Source of the DNA: Felis catus
Lineage: Eukaryota
DNA length: 64,000 nucleotides
Reading direction: 5' to 3'
Assembly (NCBI RefSeq): GCF_018350175.1
Contig: NC_058383.1
Coordinates: forward strand, 15,502,001 to 15,566,000
Below are positions 38,095 to 50,081 of this stretch, one piece after another (positions within the stretch are counted from its first letter, which is position 1; each line of letters begins with the position of its first letter). The notes beneath the pieces are model-generated. The model made no database searches. It was not told the origin of the DNA and saw nothing but the letters and a program-made list of their open reading frames with translations. Position numbers and translations under genes: made by a program.

Positions 38095-38690
38095 TTAGGA
38101 GTTTTGCGTGTATTGTATATGATCCTCACAACATCTGTATTTCGCAGAGGGGTAAATTAAGGCATAAGAAGTCAGCTAACTTGCCCAAGGTCATACAATA
38201 GTAAATGAACCTGGATTCAAATCCAGTCAGCCTCCAGAACTGGTGTGTCAACCAGGATGCAGACTACTGCCTCCCAATAAATGTTACGGGTTCAGATTAA
38301 GAGTCAACCCGAGTCAACCCCATCAAATGAGATGAAAACCGAAGAGTATCCATACAATTTTACAATTAAGACATCAGTAGTTTTGTAAGTGAAACCCCTT
38401 TAAGATGATGTGATAAAGGCAGAAACCAGATGCCAAAGGGCTAAGGAGAGAGTATCATTTTTAACAGCTACTACTTAAAACATGCCCTGTGCCAGGCACC
38501 ATGCCAAGTACATACACCATACTTTTTAATCCTCACAAGGCTGCCAGGTAAATATTACTATCCTCATTTTACAGATGAGGAAACTGAATCAAAAGAGGTT
38601 AAGTAATCTGTGCTAGGTAATAAGTGGCAAGAGAGAGATTCTGACTTAATTCTTCTCACTCTAAAAGCTGTGTCATCAATCACAATACCA
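38095..38690 (-). mobile_element. Two MIR copies (~38095-38270, ~38460-38690)
   Basis: AACTTGCCCAAGGTCATACA and CATTTTACAGATGAGGAAACTGA cores. Confidence 0.75.
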
Positions 38691-39744
38691 GGATTGATAA
38701 GTAGGTTTCAAGTCTAATGCCAAGCTGAAAAGAAACAAAACTTTCTTAGGCCATGGCTATATAAGGTGTATCTTAGTCATAAAAGCACAAGACTGATTTT
38801 TTTTGAAGTTTAAAATGGTTAACTTATTTTCCGCAATTCATATCTCACAACTCTCATCAGAGTATAAAGCAAAGAGGAGTAGAATCTTCTCTCAATGGTT
38901 TCCTGTTTCTCAAGCTAATACATTTCATAGTGCAGAAAAGACTTTCACAATAACTCACAACAAGTTTAAATGATCAAGATAAATTACAACAGGAAGCATA
39001 AAGTTTTAATGCATTTTAGGCAACACCAGTACTCGAATAAAGACAAAAAGGAACAACATGGGCTGACATAATTACATGTTTGTAACCAGACTTAGTTCCA
39101 AAATTCAGACTCTGGCTGTATTTCTACTCACTTACAATTAACAAACGCATGGCTCCATTTTCAAAGGCATAATATAAAATCATGGTAACTTCCAACATGC
39201 CTCCCTCTCCTTTTAAAAAAAATTAATTTACCATAGTTCCAAAATGGAAAATAACTTATCTTTGTTCTTTAGTTGTTTTTTTTTTTAATTGTTGAGCATT
39301 TTAGAAACCAAATTTAAAAGTATTCCCACATTAAAGTTTAATGACTTGGAGTTTAATTAACAGGTATTTAAAAAAACAGATCATGAGTGATGACAAGATT
39401 AAATCAACACTAAAAGTTCAATATGAAATTATAACATCCAAACTCAGTGTAAAGACTGGCAGATGTTGTGAAAACAGCACTTTTAACCAAACAGCATAAA
39501 GGTCCAACCAAATGACCATACTTCGTAGACAGTCATCACCAAAGGTTGATGTACAGTCCCAGGACTACATTCAGGTATGGAATTATACACAGAGAGAACT
39601 ACAGACCTCTTGTCAAATTTATTCAATCTGTACCAGGGAAGGATAAAGATTTCCGTATTTATAAAAATGAATCCAAAATGGAAAATCAATTTGCTAAAAA
39701 CTCTATCTTTCCTCCATTCCTTTAAGTCACTATGATACTGGGCT

Positions 39745-40247
39745 CTTTTTTTTTTTTTTTTTTTAGTTTTTACTTAAATTCCAGTTAGTTAACATAAGTG
39801 TAATATTAGTTTCAAGAGTACACTACACTGTGTTTCAACACTTCCATATAACACCCAGTGCTCATCACAAGGGCACTCCTTAATCCCCATCACCTATTTC
39901 ACCCATCCCCTACCCACCTCTCTTCTAGTAACCATCAGTTTGTTCTCTATTAATTAAGAGTCCATTTCAGGGGTGCCTGGGTGGTCAGTTACTCTGACTT
40001 CCGCTCAGGTCATGATCTCAGTTTGTGAATTCCAGCCAGGCATCGGGCTCTGTGCTGACAGCTCAGAGCCTGGAGCTTGTTTCGGATTCTGTGTCTTCCC
40101 CTCTCAGGCCCTCCCCCGTTTGTGCTCTGTCTCTCTCTCTCAAAAATAAACAAACATTAAAAGAAAAAATTAAAAAAAGAAAAGAGTCCATTTCTTGGTT
40201 TGCTCTTTTTTCTTATGATCATTTGTTTTGTTTCCTAAATTCCACAT
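39745..40247 (-). mobile_element. Carnivore L1 3' end (5'-truncated) with nested SINE
   Basis: Poly-T then TTAAATTCCAGTTAGTTAACAT...ACACCCAGTGCTCATCACAA...AACCATCAGTTTGTTCT...AAATTCCACAT. Confidence 0.85.
39970..40182 (+). mobile_element. SINEC nested in L1
   Basis: TSD AAGAGTCCATTTC. Confidence 0.9.
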
Positions 40248-40674
40248 AACCTTTTTCATTTTAATTAAAATGTCATAGTAAAATACTTTTATAAAGGCTG
40301 TCTTACATGACAATGGGATTCTGCAGCATGTTACTGACAAAAAACATCCCGCAGATTGGCCATCCGTGTACTATGTCATGCTGTGTCCCCTGTAAAGGCC
40401 ACTCTTTTTCAGACACATGTCTATAACAAGGAGACAGAGCAGTGGCTAGAAAGGGAAGAAGAGTCTAAAAGAAGTATCAAAAAGTTAAGATGGTACAATC
40501 CTGAGAGTGTTTAAGGAAAGACTAAGGTTGAAGCCAGGGAGGTCCTGAGACTAGTCATAATGTTGCAGAGCAATTACATGGCATCCTATTTGAATGGCTT
40601 CAAAGGTCTTCGACAATACTGTGTAAGAGAAACCAGCCACATCTCGGTGAACTAGATGCCAGTAAAAACACCCA

Positions 40675-41080
40675 GGGGATGTCTGGGTGGCTCAGCTGGT
40701 TGAGCGTCCAACTTCAGCTCAGGTCATGATCTTGTGGTTCATGAATTCAAGCCGTGCGTCAGGCTCTGTGCTGACAGCTCGGAGCCTGGAGCCTGCTTTG
40801 GATTCTGTCTCCCTCTCAAAAATAAACACTGGGGCACCTGGATGGCTCAGTCCCTTGAGCGTCTGACTTTGGCTCAGGTCATGATCTTTCGGTTCACAAC
40901 TTTGAGCCCTCTGTCGGGCTCTGTGCTGACAGCTTGGAGCCTGGAGCCTGCTTCGAATTCTCTGTCTCCCTCTCTCTCTGCCCCTCCCCTGCTCGCGCTC
41001 TCTCTCTCTCAAAAATAAATAAACATTAAAAATAGTAATAAATAGATATGTAAACATTTAAAAATTAAGAAAACAAAACA
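40675..41080 (+). mobile_element. SINE inserted in the tail of another SINE (heads at ~40675 and 40831)
   Basis: Two SINE bodies; outer TSD AAAACAC(C/T)CAGG. Confidence 0.9.
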
Positions 41081-42679
41081 CTCAGGAATTGGCTTAAAAG
41101 CCTGCCATTCATCAATTGGCAGTAGCCAGAGTGGCAAAGATCATACTAGAGCCGAGCTCCCACAAACTAAACACAGGCACAGAAACAACTTGCAGACACT
41201 AAATTTAATTTCCTGACTGTTAATACCAGACAGGAATCACAATCAGCATCTTTTTCACTGTCCTTAAAATAAGTTAAGCACTGCTTTGTGTCATTGTCTG
41301 AGTAACAGAACAAAAGAAACCCACCAAATGAAAACAATTCTTTAGAACTCAGAAATCTACCAGAAGCCAGACTGGGTAGCCAGTGCTTTTTCTGCCTTAG
41401 AAAAGCATTTAACCCTTCTTACCGACTGCCTCTGCCACTGCTTCCAGGTTTCTACTGCCCAGCTACCTAGTCTGAGTGCTGTTCCAACTCCTGCCCCTAG
41501 CTTTTTCATTTCCCAGTTAATTCTGACCCAAATGCTCAAGATCTTTTGAGGTCCACCTCAAGGGTCACTTCCTTTATGAAGCCTAACCATAACAAAAACC
41601 TCTGATAGTTATCTCCACGTGGCCATTCAGTCCTGCCACTTTTATGAGCCTACTGCTTTCTCTAAGTATGTTCCCCGCGGGCAGAAACTGTATTTGCACT
41701 TAGGTCTTGTCTCTCTTCCGTGCAATAGCTGCCAGCTGCCCTAACACAGGGATGCTCAATCAGCATTTGGGGATCTCAGTACCCAGACGTGGGTGGCAGG
41801 CAGTCCCGCTTTCAGTCCTCCCACCTCAATTAGGCCACAGAAATTCTTCCTCCACCTTTACTGAGAAGTCAGCACACTGCCTCCTTATCCCAGGGAGTAA
41901 AGAGCTTGCAGCCATCAAGTATATCTTAGCTGCACAACAGGTCTATTTCCTTTCCTTAAATCAGGAAACTGGAAGGTGTTCTTACCCTTCAAGCAATTTC
42001 ATCTACACACAGGACACAAATGCTCAGACCCCAAGCTAACCAGAGAGCTATCGGGACAAAAAAAGTTATTAAATATCCATCATGAAATTAATCAAATTCC
42101 AGCCTTGGAATTTTTCCTCCCACTGCCTCCCACAGAGGCTCACCTTTGAGGCAGGAAAGTAGCAGTTCAGGAGCAGCCACAATCTTCCCTGCTTTAAAGC
42201 AAGCTGCAAAGAAGCTCCCCATTCATCGCTGAATAAGGGCTGTAATCTGCTAGTTGAGAACTAAACTACAGGCATCGTATTCTTCAACAAAGGCCCCCTC
42301 ACCAGCTGTTCCCCGGTTATGGTGTTCACACAGTTCAAAACAGCACAATAGGCTTGGTTTTATTTCTAATGGTGTTTATCAAGAGAAACAGAACTACCTG
42401 GCTCTAAATTACCCCGCAGCCACTCCTCGATTTATTTTACTAAAATATGAGTGAAGATGATTATCCACCCTATCTCTCGGTATTTACCAAGCCTGACACA
42501 TAATATACCACTATTTCAAGCGTCTGCACATAGGTTAAGTCTATCCCTCCCATCTTCTTCCTGAGACGTACATGATTTGCAAATAGAGAAGTAACGCAAA
42601 CACGACCCGAAGTCAAAAATGGCAAACTACCAAAATGTTCCCCGTGCCAAATCCAAATTATCCAGGCCTCAGGTCTGAA

Positions 42680-43480
42680 CGGGGGACGTCCCGCCATCTC
42701 GAGGGCGGCAGGGCACCCTGGCTCCAGGCATGCGGGTGGACCAACCCGGGGGGGCGGGTAAACAGGCCCACGCCAGCGGCGCAGGCCAGGCTTGGGCTAA
42801 GACGGAGCGACCCCCACCGCCAGCTGGGGCGGGGGCTGCAGCCCCGAGAGGAGGTGAAGACACCCGGCCGGAAGGGCCGCTCCCGACCAGCACGGCGCCC
42901 TCCCGACCCCGCGCTCAGCCCCGGCTGAGCCCCGACCCCGGCCCGCCCGCCCCCGGCTCACCCCGCCCCGGTGGGCAGCGGCGCGCCCCGGGCCCGGCCG
43001 GGCCAGCTGTTCGGCGGACGCCCGCGGCCGCTCAGAGATCACTCGCGGCGGCGCGCGGCGGGCCGGGGGCCGCTCGGGACCATCCTCCCCGCCGCGCCGG
43101 GGGCGGCCTCGGGCTCCACGGGGCCCAGGCGAGGACCAGAGGCCAGTCCGGCTCACGCCGCCGCGACACAGACTCCTCTCAGGGTCCGGCAGCCGTGGTT
43201 TCCGGGTAGAAAAAAACGCCACCGCCAACGCTGCCGTGACCTCCGACACCTGGCGTCCGACGGCGGCGCGGCCGGGACAAGATTCCTTAGTCGCGAGCTG
43301 CGGAGACCACGCCCCCTGGCTGGGCTACGTAGGGGCTTGCGTGCGAGTACCGGGGCTGCGTGCGTGCTGACACGGAGCGCGAGGCCTGCCTTTCTGTATC
43401 TGTGTTTGAACGGGGTGTTGTGAGGCTGGCATCGTGGTGAGTGCGCGTGCCTAGTGCACGTGGGTGGACGCGTGTCAGTG
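42680..43480. promoter_or_regulatory. CpG island promoter of TMEM248
   Basis: Very GC- and CpG-rich against a CpG-depleted background. GC boxes (GGGGCGGGG), KLF/SP-type ACCACGCCCC ~43306, ETS-like TTTCCGG ~43199, YY1-like CCGCCATCT ~42691. Confidence 0.9.
42962..43260 (-). other. TMEM248: Probable non-coding exon 1 of TMEM248 (TSS approximate; donor at 42962 or 43157)
   Basis: Lies in the CpG island. Donor-like GGG|GTGAGC at 42962 and GGC|GTGAGC at 43157; exon 2 has an acceptor and only 18 nt of UTR, so an upstream exon is required. Confidence 0.6.
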
Positions 43481-44784
43481 CGTTCTGTAAAGACCATGTG
43501 TGCTGTGCGTTTGTGGATCCGTGTGCGTGTTTAGTGCTGTGCGTGATGGTTAGGAGTATAACGTGTGTGCATACGTAGGTGTGTAGTGTGTGTCTGTGTG
43601 TGCCCGTGCATTAATCACTGCCCATGAAAGTATAATTTTAATACAATCCCTTTGTAAGGTAATTTGGCATCGTCCAGGAAACTTGAAGATGTGCCTTCTT
43701 TCTGGAGAATATATTACCCCGGAGAAACAGTTGCACATCTGCGCAAGTAGACATAATAAAGAATATTTATAGCACCGTTATTTGTAGTCACTAAGAATTG
43801 AAGAGAAAACAAACATCCATACAGTCAAACGTAAAAATAGGCAGTATATTCTTATATAAACAATTTCGACAGCGAAGATTATTCAGAACAGCTTGGCAAC
43901 ATCCGGGCTCACCTTAAGGGCAAGGTGGGGGGGGGGGCAGGGGGCAAGCCATGAAAGGATACATTGCAGCATAATTCCATTAAATAAAATCCCCCAAACA
44001 TGCTAATCAACGCATTGTTTAGAGATGCATACGTGACTGGTGGAATTCAGAAAAAACAAACAAACAAACAGGAAGAGATGCACAAACTTCATGTTAAGTG
44101 GTAAGAGGATAGAATGGGGGAGGGCACACAGGCTACTTCAAGGTACCTTGAGCAAGTCACAAGCACTCTGAGCCTCGTGTACTTGGTTTCTGAGGTGGGG
44201 GTGATAACATCAGCTTGTTCCAGTTCGTTAAATTCCTTCACTCTGTAAAACTGTAAAGCACTATCCAAAGATAAGTTATGTGCTTTGAGAGCTAACCACG
44301 GTAGGACCTGAGCTGTTTGTCAAAGTTCCTGCAGGGCACTGACCCCTGGTCTGTTTGACACACACCGATTTAATAGTAGTATTTTATGGGTTCAAGAAGC
44401 TTCAGAGTAGTTTATGTCAGCTTATCAGCATTATTTGTTGATAATAGACAAAGGGCTCTGCATTTGGGGCTAGTTACAAGCAGGAATATGCCTATGCTGT
44501 GTGACCAGAAAAAACATTAGAAAAGAAACCAGCAGAGACTCAATTTTGGGCTCCCTGCTCTAAAGCGTTCCATGCACATGGTGGTGGTTCCTGCCCCAGG
44601 AGTGAAAGCGCCATCTGTTTGGGCTCTTACAGAAGAAGGATAATAGAACCTTGCACCTCGCCTTTCCAGCCCTTACTTAAATATTATTGGTGTATTGTAT
44701 TTTTTGTCCTGTAATAAACTGTAGATTTGTTAGGGTCTGTGAGTTTTCTTTAGCAACCAAAGCCTGTTAAACCATTTCAGCAGC

Positions 44785-44802
44785 TGGTGTCAGATGTAGG
44801 AT
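44785..44802 (+). other. Retroviral primer-binding site, tRNA-Leu type
   Basis: TGGTGTCAGATGTAGGAT is 16/18 identical to TGGTGTCAGAAGTGGGAT, the complement of a tRNA-Leu 3' end. Confidence 0.8.
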
Positions 44803-45774
44803 TTACTGAAAAAACCCTGACTCATTCTTAGCTCAAAATATGGCTAAGGCATTACTAGAAAAAAAAAAAAAAAAGGTGATTCTGATAAAAGAGATGAAAA
44901 TGAACAAGTTACTCTTGGTTTGAAGTAGCACAGACTTTGAAATTAGATACTAGTTGTAAAACATTCCAACGAAATCTGGAATTGAAAGAATCTGAACCTC
45001 AGGAGCTAGAAAAATGGACCAGCAGGGAACTGCAAACTGATACCAGGTCAGCTAAAAATTCAGATCTGTGGTTGCTGCTTTGAGCATCAGCAAAATGAAA
45101 GTTAAGTTCAGAATCTCCTTGGGGTGAGCTGTGTCCTCTCCGGCTGGCACCATAATATTTGATGAGTCAGCTAATTCTGTGAGACTTAGGACAACAAAGA
45201 AGATAATTCAAGTTGGGCAAGATGACAGGGGGGGCAAGAAACTAGGGAAATAAGGGATTATTCAGTGAGGGAACTGAAAAATTTTCCAGGTCATTACAGA
45301 CATCATCCTGATAAACCTTTGTTAAAATGATTCCTGAGAATTTTAGAGAATTTTAGAATGAGGAGCAGTGTCTCTGCTTTGAACACTTCTGACTAAAGGG
45401 GAAGATTTTGGTCCACCAACTATTGGCTAATACCTTTGTGGGGATGGTTCATAGGAAAGCCCCTAGGTTTCTAGAATGGATTAAGAGAAGGATCCATCAT
45501 GCTTATCCAGAGAAAGACAATGTCACTTCCCCTCCGTTGTCAACCAATACTAAAGTTGCAAAAACACTGCAGGCGTAGGCAGTATTGAACTATCTGTATA
45601 ATGACAGAATCGAGCTCCCTAATGGGATGCCCCTCACCCAGGCTACGACCAACACTGTAACTCAAGGCGTCCCGCCAGCACTAGCACCACATATGACTTT
45701 GATATTGAGACCACAGGAGAACGTAAAAGAGGCAACTTCAAATCCTTTATCCCAGCTACCACATGAGGATTAAA

Positions 45775-46310
45775 AAAAAACAAACTGGCACAGCCACTTT
45801 GGAAAACAAACTGGCAGTTCCTCAAAAAGCGAAACAGAGAGTTAACATTTTAGCCCAGCAATTCCATGACCAGAGACCCAAGAGGATTAAAGCATGTCAA
45901 CACGAAAATAGTCAAAAAAGTGGAAACAGCCCAGATGTTCATCAACTGATGAATGGATAAACAAAATGTGGTACATCCATACCGTGGAACATTATTCACC
46001 CGTAAAGGGGAATGAAGCTTCAAAGCATCATGATAAATGAAAGAAGCCTGTCACGAAAGGCCACATATTATATGATTCCATTTGATATGAAATGTCCAGA
46101 AGAGGCAAATCCATGGAGACGGAAAGTGAATTCGTGGTTGCCAAAGGTGGGAGGTGGTAACTAAAGGGGAACAGGGTTTCTTTTGGGGCCAAGAAAAACA
46201 CTTGAAAATTGACTTGGTGAATGCACTGAAAACCATTGAATTATACACTTTAATTGTGTGAATTACATGGTATATGAATTACATCTCAGTAAAGATGTTT
46301 TCAAAAAAGT
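45775..46310 (+). mobile_element. L1M (L1MB-like) 3' fragment inserted in ERVL internal region
   Basis: CAGCCACTTTGGAAAAC, TGATGAATGGATAAACAAAATGTGGTACATCCATAC, TATGATTCCATTT, ends CTCAGTAAAGATGTT. Confidence 0.8.
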
Positions 46311-47793
46311 TAGAACTTTACAAAAGAAAGGAAATCAACACAAGAAAGGGACTAACAATTCAGCCTCCAATCATGTGGGAATCTTTAGACAGCTAGTTTT
46401 AAAAGTCAAAAAAGAAAGAAATTGAGAGAGAAAGTGCCACCAAAATCTTTATGAAAATCTGGGGATCCCACATCTAAGTCTCCTCAAAGCCCTTCCAATG
46501 GAAAATCCTGTTGCATTTGACGTTTGCTCAGGAAATACTAGAGACAAGGCCTCTGACTTATACTGCTATGAGAACCAATTATGGTACATGAGAAAAGGTA
46601 GATTTTGTTGGAAGGGACAACATCATAAAAAATTGGTTGATTGTAGTTTAATCTGTCAACAGAAGTATGCCACAAAGCACAGATAGTCAGTGATCAGGGA
46701 GGAAAAGGATTGTCAAGTATGAAACATTTGTGCTCATATTACTTATTAGTGGATGGATCAGCTCTCTGTTCAAATGGATGCCAACCCCCCAGATGACTGC
46801 AAACATTTGAAATCCATGTGCACATTTGGATCTTCTATGTGAACAGAGTACCTGTTCCAAGGTGTTCTGTGCGAGTGTAGGTGGTTCCTGAACCAAGAGA
46901 GGGGTGGGTAATAGGACCTTGCACCTGGACGTCCCAGACCCTTAGGGTGAGACAGCCTTTGGCTGTGATTTCCTTATTTCCATGCTGTTGCTACCTAGTA
47001 CCCTTTCCAGGAATAGACTGTAGATAGGTAAGCACTGCCATTTTGAGTCCTGTCATTTTGGGTCTTGAGCAAGTCAATCCTGTTTGACTACCACCATAGG
47101 TAGAGTGTTGCTGCACTAATAATCACTGGGTCTCCTGATGGGGTGCACTGAGAAGGACACATCACCTCTTTGGCATTCCTGCCAAAATGCTAAAACCTGA
47201 ATATAATCCTCAGGACGTGATCAAGCAAATCCAGGATGAGTGACATTCTGAAAATACCTATCCCACACTCTTCAAGTACATCAATGTCATGAAAACAAGA
47301 AAGACATGTATACCAAATTCATGTATACCAAATCATCATGATGTACACTTTCAATATCTCATAATTTTATTTGCCAATTTTACCTTAATAAGCTGAGGAA
47401 AAAAGAAATAAACCTGGGCAATTGTTCTAGATTAAAGACCACTAAAGACACATGACCACTAAAAGCAATCCTGCACAGGAACCTGGATTGGGAAAATTTG
47501 GATATGGTCTACTGACTGCATCAATGTTAAATTCCTGTGGTTACGTAAAAGATTGTCCTTATTCTTAGGAGATATATACTATATTTAGATATATACTAAA
47601 TAGAGGTATTGAATTATGATATCCGCACCTGAGAGAGAGAGAGGAAGCAAATGTGACAAAGTGTTAAGTATTGAATCAAGGAGAAGGGCATACAAATGTT
47701 CATTATAGTATTCTTTCAGTATTTCTGTAGATTTGACACTTCTCAAAATAAAAATTTAGAAAAAAAAATAACAATCACTGTGATACATTAGGC

Positions 47794-47998
47794 CAGAAGT
47801 CAGCAAACCTTTCTGCAAGAAAATATATATATATTTTTAAGCTTTATGGACCATACGGTGTCTGTCGCAACTATTCATCTCTGCCATGTACTGTGAAAGA
47901 CACAGAATGAATGGGAGTGGCTGTAGTCTAATAAAATCTTATTTACAAAAGCAAGTGCTGGGCCAGATTTGGCTGTAGGCCATAGTTTCTGACCTCTG
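47794..47998 (+). mobile_element. MER58A-like hAT-Charlie MITE
   Basis: TIRs CAGAAGTCAGCAAAC / GTTTCTGACCTCTG, degenerate 8-bp TSD CATTAGGC/CTTCAGGC, internal TCTGTCGCAACTA and GGCCAGATTTGGC. Confidence 0.85.
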
Positions 47999-48225
47999 CT
48001 TCAGGCTGTGGTACACTCAGGGCAATTCTGCTGCCTCCTACAGTCAACTAGAAATTCATGGCTGCTCAGGAATTGACAGCATGTGTTAAAATGTGAATCA
48101 AATATTGTAGCTTGAGATGCTATTATCCTAATCTCCCAACAACTGGTGACCTAACAGCCATGCCCCACTGAAAACATCCTCTCCTCTTTTTCATCTTGTC
48201 CCTAATAAAAACTCTTCAAATCTCA

Positions 48226-48436
48226 GGGTGCCTGGGTGGCTCAGTGTGTTAGCGACCGACTCTTGATTTCAGCTCAGGTCATGATCTCGTGGTTTGTGGG
48301 ATCGAGCCCCACATCGGGCTCTGTGCTGTCAGGGTAGACAGTGGAGAGCCTGCTTGGGTTTCTCTCTCTCCCTTTCACTGTCCCTCCCCTGCTCACCCTT
48401 TCTCTGTGTCTCTCAAAATAAATACATTTAAAAAAA
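48226..48436 (+). mobile_element. CAN-SINE
   Basis: GGGTGCCTGGGTGGCTCAG...AAAATAAATACATTT. Confidence 0.9.
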
Positions 48437-49040
48437 GAGAAATGGGAACTCTGTGGGAATGTAAAATGGCACAGCCACAATGGAAAATAGTATGGCATTT
48501 CCTCAAAATATTAAAAATAGAACTGTAGAATTACCATATGATCCAGCACTTCTGGGTTTATTATCCAAAAGAATTAGAAGTCAGGATCTTGAAGAGATAT
48601 CTGGACCCCTGTGTTCATTGTACCATTGTTCACGATCGCTAAGACACGGGAATAACCTAAATGGCCATCGACAGATGAATGGGTAAAGAAAATGTATACT
48701 CATACAGGGGAATGCTACTTGGCCAAAAAAAAAAAAAAAAGTAAGGAAATTTCGCAAAATGGGATAACATGGATGGACCTTAGGACATAAGGCATTATTC
48801 CACTTACACGAGGTATCTACAATAGCCAGTTTCATAACATCAAAGATTGGGATGGGGGTTACCAGGGGCTGGGGGGGGGCGTACTATTATTAATTAACAG
48901 TCCAAAAATTTCAGTTAAGTTTCTAGATACCTGCTGTGCAGCACTGTACTTAGAGTCAACAATAACACACACTCCAATATTTGTGAAGAGGATAGATTTT
49001 ACGTTAAGTGTTGTCACCACACTAAAAAGTAAAAGAAAGA
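48437..49040 (+). mobile_element. L1MA-like 3' fragment
   Basis: ATGGAAAATAGTATGG, GAATTACCATATGATCCAGCA, CATGGATGGACCT, GTGAAGAGGATAGATTT. Confidence 0.8.
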
Positions 49041-49059
49041 AAAAGAGTGGGGGCCCTGG

Positions 49060-49280
49060 AGCTAGTCTTCCCTGGGTTCGAATGCTGGCTCCCCGTTTCA
49101 GCTCTGTGATCTTGTGCAATGCCCAGGCATTTCCACGCACCAGCTTCTCTTTGTGCCTCAGGACAGTTAGCACGACTGACCCGCAGGCTACTGGAGAAGA
49201 TTAAACAAGTTCTTCCATGTGAGGCACTTAGCCCAGTGCCTGGCATGTATCGAGCGCTAATTAATGCTACCTGTTAGTAT
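49060..49280 (+). mobile_element. MIR
   Basis: CCTGGGTTCGAAT...CTGTGATCTTG...TGTGCCTCAG...CAGTGCCTGGCA. Confidence 0.75.
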
Positions 49281-49627
49281 TCCTACTAAATTAGGTTTCT
49301 TAGACACAGTCAAGAGGTAATACATCTTTAAATGCTCACTTAGCACAGTACCTAAGGGCTAAACACATGTAAGATGTTGCAATTATTCCACTAGGCAGTT
49401 AAACAGGCATTTGTTGCCTGTCACTTTCATTGTATCTTTCAGCTAAGTCTTGAGCCATTTAACTTTTCATGTTTTTGCACCTTCTCATTTCTCCTGGATT
49501 GTGAATAAGCTGAAGGCAGAGTCCAGGACGTGTGAATTTTTGCAGCCCCTCCAGCACCATGCTATGTAGCCTGGGCTGGAGTATATATAGGGCATAGTTT
49601 TAACACAGTCTTGAAAAGAAGAATCTT

Positions 49628-49830
49628 GGGGCGCCTGGGTGGCTCAGTCGCTTAAGTGCCCGACTTGGGTTCAGGTCATGATCTCACGGTTCGTGGGTGG
49701 GTTCCAGCCCCGCACTGGGCTCTGTGCTGACAGCTCAGAGCCTGGACTCTGCTTTGTCCCCTTCTCTCTCTGCCCCTCCCCTGCTTATGCTCTGTCTCTC
49801 AAAAAATAAATGAATGTTGAAAAAAAAATT
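49628..49830 (+). mobile_element. SINEC_Fc
   Basis: TSD GAAGAATCTT. Confidence 0.9.
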
Positions 49831-49896
49831 TTAAAGGAAGAATCTTCAGTAGACCACCTAATCCAGCACGCTACTGATTGACTCATCTAAATAAAG

Positions 49897-50081
49897 TTTA
49901 CTTATTTTGAAAGAGACAGAGATAGTGCAAGTGGGGGAGGGGCAGAGAGAGGGAGAGAGAGCAGGCTCCACGTTGCCAGGGCCGAGCCTGAGGCAAGGCT
50001 TGAACCCAAGAAACCCCGAGATCCTGACCTGAACTGAAACCAAGAGACGGGCATTCAACCCGCTGAGCCACCCAGGCGTCC
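49897..50081 (-). mobile_element. CAN-SINE
   Basis: Antisense body; CTCATCT on both flanks. Confidence 0.88.

Larger units (their letters stand above)
44287..47096 (+). mobile_element. Decayed, internally deleted ERVL provirus (MER68/MER21/MER77-like): 5' LTR ~44287-44782, PBS, gag remnant, partial 3' LTR ~46848-47096
   Basis: LTR with AATAAA ~44713 ends ...CAGCA just before the PBS. The two LTR copies share GGTGGTTCCTG, TAATAG(A/G)ACCTTGCACCT and AATA(A/G)ACTGTAGAT. ORF 45585..45773 (LYNDRIELPNGMPLTQATTNTVTQGVPPALAPHMTLIL) resembles ERVL gag. Confidence 0.75.

Noticed and set aside
42730..43423. Plus-strand 150-159 aa ORFs in the CpG island
   Set aside because: Low-complexity Pro/Gly/Ala/Arg products expected from very GC-rich sequence; non-ATG starts.
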